A stretch of 64,000 nucleotides of DNA from Nitrospirota bacterium (GTDB taxonomy: Bacteria; Nitrospirota; Nitrospiria; Nitrospirales; NS-4). The position numbers and the translations under genes were made by a program. Positions 58,582 to 64,000 of this stretch are shown here, one piece after another. The first letter of the stretch is position 1. Each line of letters opens with the position of its first letter. Where the stretch lies: positions 32,001 to 96,000 of the forward strand of contig CAWBGA010000001.1 in the NCBI GenBank assembly GCA_963788195.1, written 5' to 3'. The notes under the pieces were generated by a model that saw nothing but the letters and a program-made list of their open reading frames with translations, made no database searches and had not been told where the DNA came from.

Positions 58582-60929
58582 ATGAAAACGACCGGGGGCG
58601 GCGCGTCTGATGTGGGGTTTGAGAACGGGGGGAGTGCTTCTCGAATTTCACCGAATGCGCAGCGAGTTTTACATAAACGCTACCTGGCCAAGGACGAAGA
58701 GGGAAGAGTCGTAGAGACACCGGCAGGTTTATTCCGACGTGTGGCGCATAACCTGGCTCAGGCAGAACTTCAATACGGTGCCAAGGCGGAAGAGGTTCAG
58801 GCGACCGAAGAGAAGTTTTATCAGCTCATGTCCAATCTGGATTTTCTGCCCAACTCTCCCACGCTTATGAATGCCGGGCGGCCTTTACAGCAACTTGCCG
58901 CCTGCTTTGTTCTCCCGGTCGAGGACTCCATTGCAGGGATCTATGACACCCTGAAACATCAGGCCCTCATCCATCAGACCGGCGGAGGAACTGGGTTCTC
59001 CTTCTCCCGGCTTCGCCCCAAAGACGATATGGTTCGAAGCACCGGCGGGGTTGCGTCCGGCCCGGTGTCTTTTATGAAGGTGTACAACCAGTCCACAGAA
59101 CATATCAAGCAAGGGGGGACCCGGCGGGGAGCGAATATGGGCATCCTCCGCGTGGATCATCCAGACATTTTGGAGTTTATCACCTGTAAGACGGATACGA
59201 AGGAGATCACCAACTTCAATATCAGTGTTGCGGTGACCGATGCGTTTATGAAGGCCGCCGCGAACGGTGAAAAATATAACCTGATCAGTCCCCGTTCAGG
59301 AAAAATTGTCCGGCAACTCGACGCACGGGACGTGTTGAGGAAGATCGCGCAATCAGCATGGCAAAACGGGGAGCCCGGTCTGTTTTTCATCGACCAGGCG
59401 AATCGCACGAATCCTACGCCGCATTACGCAATGATCGAGGCGACAAACCCCTGCGGCGAGCAGCCACTTTTGCCGTACGAGTCATGCAATCTCGGCAGCG
59501 TCAACCTTGAGACGCACATCGTGCGAAAACCCGACGGCCGTTACGATGTTGACTGGGCGCGGCTCGAGGAGTCGGTGCGAACCTCCGTGCATTTACTGGA
59601 TAACGTCATTGATATGAATAAATACCCGATTCCAGAGATTGAAAAATGCACGAAGGACAATCGGAAAATCGGCTTAGGGGTCATGGGTTTTGCGCGAATG
59701 CTGTTTAAGCTTGAAATTCAGTACGATTCCGAGAGCGGCGTGGAAATGGGCGCGAAGGTCATGAAGTTTATTTCCGATAAGGGCTACGAGGAATCGATGC
59801 GTCTGGCAGAGCAGCGTGGGCTCTATCCCGCGTGGAAAGGCTCCCTTCATGAGGCGCGCGGTCAGCGGGTCAGAAATTCCTATGTGACGACGGTGGCCCC
59901 AACAGGCACGATCAGCATGATCGCGGATACCTCCGGGGGTTGCGAGCCGGAATTCAGCCTGATCTGGTTCAAAAATGTGATGGATGGCGAGCACCTGCCC
60001 TACGTCCTCGATGACTTCATCGAGACCGCCAAACGCGAGGGATTCTGGCAAGAAGGTCTGATGGAGAAAATCCTTGCCAACCACGGCTCGGCCCGCGGGG
60101 TGCCGCAGATCCCGGAGAAGTGGCAGAAAGTGTTTGTCACGGCACATGATGTCGGCTCCCGAATGGCATGTGAGAATGCAAGCGGCGTTTCAGCAATATA
60201 CCGATAGCGGCGTCTCGAAGACCATCAATATGCCGACCCAGGCGACGACTGACGACGTGATGAAGGCCTATCTGATGGCCTATGACCTAGGCTGCAAGGG
60301 GATCACCGTGTATCGGGACGGCAGCCGCGAGGAACAAGTGATGAACGTAGGCGTCTCACATAAAAACACGGCGGCCGAAAAGCCGGCCGACTCAACCCCG
60401 GTCGAGCTTTCTCTCCCCGATGCCGGGGAGCTGCCGGAACCGCCGTTTGCCGGCGCCGGCCATCCGATCAAATTAGAACGTCCGGCGCGCGTGAGCGGGG
60501 AGACCATTGCGATCAATACCAGCTACGGGAAGATGTACCTCACGATCAATTCCATGAATGGCGAGCCGTTTGAAACCTTCGCCACAGTGGCTAAGGCGGG
60601 CGGGATGATTCAGGCAGATCTGGAGTGCGTCTGCCGCCTCATCAGCCTGTCGCTTCGCTATCGAATTCCGATGCATGAAATCACAAGACAATTGATCGGC
60701 ATCCAGGATGGCAATCCGTATGGAGTCGGGGCCAACCGGGTGCTCTCGCTGTGGGACGCCATCGCCAAGGCGTTGGCCAGTTTTCATCCTGCGGAACAGC
60801 GGCAGGAGTCAGGCGGCGAGCGTGTTGGCTATGCGCCCCGAAGGACTGCCCTGCCCTGATTGCGGCGCGCCTTTGATCCATACCGAGAACTGCGAAAAGT
60901 GCTTCTGTGGGTATTCTCGCTGCTGGTAG
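58582..60929 (+). CDS. nrdJ: Adenosylcobalamin-dependent (class II) ribonucleotide reductase with TSCPD-like/zinc-ribbon tail; frame breaks near 60155 and 60820
   Basis: PNSPTLMNAG, ACFVL, TNPCGEQPL, CNLGS, APTGTIS; continues in 60074-60859 (SKTIN, KGITVYRDGSR) and ends CPDCG...CFCGYSRC. Confidence 0.9.
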
Positions 60930-60954
60930 CCCATACGTCGAAGGGAGGGTACTG

Positions 60955-61287
60955 ATGTCAGGACCGTACAACCTGAAATACATCCATCTCTTCGTCACCG
61001 AGGTGTCATCCGGAGCCTACATCCTGTCGAGAAATGGAAGAATGGCAGACCGGGTGGGCCACGCTGATGAAAACCTCGCGCAAGACCTGCATCGGGAGGC
61101 TGTAGAAGCCAAGTACCGCTATTTTTGGTTTGAGTATGCGAGAAAAGCCGCGGCGGCGCACGACCTCGAATGTGCCTGGTATCATCGTTATCACCCGACG
61201 GACAATGTCGAGCATCCCTTGCTCGGCGGCGAAATGCGTTGTGCCGTTAAAGGGTGCTCCGAGGCTGTTGCCCACACTCGCGGGTAG
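60955..61287 (+). CDS. Small hypothetical protein, possibly a degenerate GIY-YIG-like fold
   Basis: GGAGG RBS; GAYIL...RVGHAD...LEC...DN pattern. Confidence 0.55.
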   Translation: MSGPYNLKYIHLFVTEVSSGAYILSRNGRMADRVGHADENLAQDLHREAVEAKYRYFWFEYARKAAAAHDLECAWYHRYHPTDNVEHPLLGGEMRCAVKGCSEAVAHTRG

Positions 61288-61383
61288 GCAAAGGTCCCCT
61301 GTGATTGCGATGCACGTCTCATATTGCCGTTCCGTCGGAGGTGTGCTAAAGTTTCCCCTGGTTGCGGGAGACTGGAGCACTGA

Positions 61384-61584
61384 ATGGAAATCAAGGTTTT
61401 CAACAACAATGTGGAAAAGGCTCTCAAGATTGCGAAGAAAAAACTGGCAGGGGAAGGCCTTTTCCGTGAGCTAAAGCGCCGCCGGTTTTACGAGAAGCCG
61501 AGTCTAAAGAAGAAAAATAAAGAACGAGAAGCTCAGCGCCGTCGCCAGAAATGGTTGGCGAAGCATCGCACCGGCTCCGGCTGA
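61384..61584 (+). CDS. rpsU: 30S ribosomal protein S21
   Basis: NVEKAL...RELKRRRFYEKPS. Confidence 0.95.
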   Translation: MEIKVFNNNVEKALKIAKKKLAGEGLFRELKRRRFYEKPSLKKKNKEREAQRRRQKWLAKHRTGSG

Positions 61585-61750
61585 TTGTCCTATAGTTTTT
61601 CAAAACGTCCTTAGTTTTAGTGTTCTCACCGCCGGGTTCCGGCTATTCCTGTGCCCTATCTCTTCTCTATTGCCGCGCCCCATCGTTCTTCTTCGTCGAT
61701 GGGTGACCACTTCCATTTTTAAAAGCTGACCGCCGAGAAATTAGGTAACG

Positions 61751-62408
61751 ATGAAGGATCGGGATATTCACGCCTGCATGCGGCATTCTCGGGCGGGAGG
61801 TGCGCCGCTGGAGAGAGCCGGTCGTGGGCATTGTGGCGAAAGCCTCAAGGGATCCGTTTCAAATTTTGGTCGCCACGATTCTGAGTTTACGGACCCGGGA
61901 TCAGACAACGGCCGAGGCATCTGAACGCTTGTTCCGACTGGCGACAACACCCATCGCAATGGGAAACCTCACGGTTCGACAGATTGAACGCGCCATCTAT
62001 CCGGTCGGTTTTTACAGGACCAAGGCCAGGCAGATCCGGGAGATCTGTCGAGAACTGCAAAAGCGCTATCGGGGCCGAGTTCCCGACGACATTGGTGAGC
62101 TGCTGACGCTTCATGGCGTCGGACGCAAGACCGCCAATCTCGTGGTAACCTTAGGGTTCCAAAAGCCGGGAATCTGTGTGGATATCCATGTGCATCGGAT
62201 CAGCAATCGCTGGGGCTACATTCAGACCCGTACTCCGGCAGAGAGCGAAGCGGCCTTGCGCGGTAAACTGCCCAAGTCGTATTGGATCGGTTATAACGAT
62301 CTGCTCGTGCCTTTCGGACAGAATATCTGCACGCCGATTTCGCCGCGCTGCAGTGTCTGCAAGCTGACGCGGTATTGCAGCCGGGTGGGGGTCACGACCT
62401 CGCGCTAG
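61751..62408 (+). CDS. nth: Endonuclease III (HhH-GPD, 4Fe-4S); frame break near 61775-61790
   Basis: ILSLRTRD, LHGVGRKTAN, VDIHVHRI, C-x6-C-x2-C-x5-C; ATG 61751 is out of frame with the body. Confidence 0.9.
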
Positions 62409-62444
62409 CAGCACTTGGCGGACGTGTCGCAGGGAAAAAGAAAC

Positions 62445-62879
62445 TTAGATGAAGAGGGTGGTTTCGGCGTCGGCGGCTAAATTCAGAATCAGCGGAAGGC
62501 CTAAAACGTCGTCCACCTTCGAAGCGAAATCCTCGTACTTCACACTCATGTACTCGAGGCCGGCGCTGCATGCGATCAGTTTGAAGCTGCCGACCTCCTT
62601 GGCCTCTTCAAACATTTCAGAAATCTTGGGCGCCTTCTTCTCGGTCATGATCCGGGCAACTTCCTCCGCATGGGCTTCATAGGCCGGCGAAAAGTCAATC
62701 CGGTCGAGCTCACCCATCGCCAGCTTTTTGATCGCCCAAAACATCAAAAAGACATATACCTCTTTTCCCATGGCGGCAGCCGTCAACCCGATCGTCGCGG
62801 CCTGATGCAACTTGTCATAGGTGCCGCCGTGTAGGAAGATCACGAAACGAGGCTTTTTCGTGGACGGGGTGGCGCTCAC
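62445..62879 (-). CDS. DsrE-family protein
   Basis: AAAMGKEVYVFLMFWAI, IACSAG, ending TLFI. Confidence 0.8.
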   Translation of the reverse strand: MSATPSTKKPRFVIFLHGGTYDKLHQAATIGLTAAAMGKEVYVFLMFWAIKKLAMGELDRIDFSPAYEAHAEEVARIMTEKKAPKISEMFEEAKEVGSFKLIACSAGLEYMSVKYEDFASKVDDVLGLPLILNLAADAETTLFI

Positions 62880-63262
62880 GGCTTGAGGGTCGACGTGATC
62901 CCGCTCACGAAGTCACCCACTAAACGATCGACCTCGGAATTGCTCATCGGTCGATCGATAATCTCGGCCTGGTTGTTGATCTCCTGGCCTTTATCGGACT
63001 CCGAGCGCAGGATCATGGTCCGATCCTGATCGACATCGATATGAATGAACCACTCTTTTTCGCCTAGGCGGATGCTCGCTTCTTTTCCTGTCGAATGTTT
63101 CTTCACTTCCACTTCAGGGGACGCGGCGGGATCAGCGGACACGGGCGCCCATGTTATCAGCACGGCGCAGCTAAAAACGGCGCCGAGCGTCAAACTCAAT
63201 CCACGGGAAGGAGCAGTCTTCGAGAGCGGGACGGCGTTACGGTAAGGGTTAGCTGTTGCCAT
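62876..63262 (-). CDS. Hypothetical exported protein
   Basis: Hydrophobic signal-like segment; 4-nt overlap with the DsrE gene; start uncertain. Confidence 0.55.
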   Translation of the reverse strand: MATANPYRNAVPLSKTAPSRGLSLTLGAVFSCAVLITWAPVSADPAASPEVEVKKHSTGKEASIRLGEKEWFIHIDVDQDRTMILRSESDKGQEINNQAEIIDRPMSNSEVDRLVGDFVSGITSTLKP

Positions 63263-63357
63263 GCTTGCGCTCTCTCGTGAGTTAACGTTCTCTAAATGCA
63301 TTATACATGCGGAAATGGCGAATAGTAAATTACCTCGCCCGGATGTTACGATTTGAC

Positions 63358-64000
63358 ATGCAGAACCGTCAGAGCGTGTACCTGATCGACGGCAGCGGCT
63401 ATCTGTATCGGGCTTTTTTCGCCCTGCCTTCGCTCGCCACCACAACCGGCCTGCCCACGAACGCGGTCTACGGCTTCATCAATATGTTGCAGAAGGTCGT
63501 GCGTGAGCGTCGCCCGGACTACCTGGCGGTGGTGTTCGATGCCAAAGGACGCACGCACCGGCATGAGCAGTTCAAGGACTACAAGGCGCAGCGACGGCCT
63601 ATGCCCGATTCCCTGTCTCAACAGGTTCCCTATATCCATCGAGCTGTCGATGCGTATGCTATTCCCGTCGTGAAGCTTGAAGGATACGAGGCGGACGATC
63701 TCATTGGCACGCTGTCGGTCCAAGCCGCCGGGGCCGGATTCGATGTCGTCATCGTGACGAGCGATAAGGACATGTTCCAACTGTTGTCGCCTGAAATCCG
63801 GATATACGATCCGGTGAAGGACAAGGTCTTTACTGAAGAGGATTGTTTCGAGCGTTTTGGTGTGGCGCCGGCCGGAATGATTGAGATTATGGGACTCATG
63901 GGAGATTCTGTGGACAACATTCCAGGGGTAAAAGGCATCGGTGAGAAGACGGCGAGAAAGCTGATAGAAGAATTCAAAACTATTGAAAACCTTCTGATGT
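63358..64000 (+). CDS. polA: DNA polymerase I, 5'-3' exonuclease domain (runs off the window; absent from the ORF track)
   Basis: Manual translation: MQNRQSVYLIDGSGYLYRAFFA...PTNAVYGF...YKAQR...YEADDLIGT...SDKD...GDSVDNIPGVKGIGEKTA. Confidence 0.93.
   Translation, partial: MQNRQSVYLIDGSGYLYRAFFALPSLATTTGLPTNAVYGFINMLQKVVRERRPDYLAVVFDAKGRTHRHEQFKDYKAQRRPMPDSLSQQVPYIHRAVDAYAIPVVKLEGYEADDLIGTLSVQAAGAGFDVVIVTSDKDMFQLLSPEIRIYDPVKDKVFTEEDCFERFGVAPAGMIEIMGLMGDSVDNIPGVKGIGEKTARKLIEEFKTIENLLM

Noticed and set aside
58582..60929. Split nrdJa/nrdJb genes or programmed frameshift
   Set aside because: The first break falls inside the catalytic domain (HDV|APEWH) with no slippery sequence or new RBS, consistent with an indel error

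Overview
Bacterial chromosomal window, about 58% GC by eye. Gene content and protein style suggest Nitrospirota (inference). It is mostly housekeeping: an RND permease fragment, gltBD, polyprenyl synthase, copA, murU-amgK, two GH57 enzymes plus galT, ttuB-ttuA-trmI, a Kef antiporter, dsrE2-tusA, class II RNR nrdJ, rpsU, nth and the 5' end of polA. A ~18 kb accessory block (21-39.5 kb) is bracketed by two closely related sigma-54 response regulators and holds a lipoprotein, an S8 protease, a Cys-rich secreted protein, FHA/TPS-TPR/CHAT-DUF928, a sensor pair and a FadL-like porin. The strongest unexplained signals are: (1) a dispersed family of ~47-bp hairpin units with fixed ends and loop but co-varying stems, in five mosaic arrays, one nested and one fused to the TtuB Gly-Gly terminus; (2) three tandem membrane-anchored paralogs with a MuF-like CxxC...CxxPxxCRC motif; (3) a second, MITE-like element sitting in frame in a gene; (4) a two-state leader that can hide the RBS of dsrE2-tusA. 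About ten or more reading-frame breaks, including in conserved genes, point to assembly indel errors, so splits and fusions should be treated cautiously. No rRNA, tRNA, CRISPR array or transposase was recognised.
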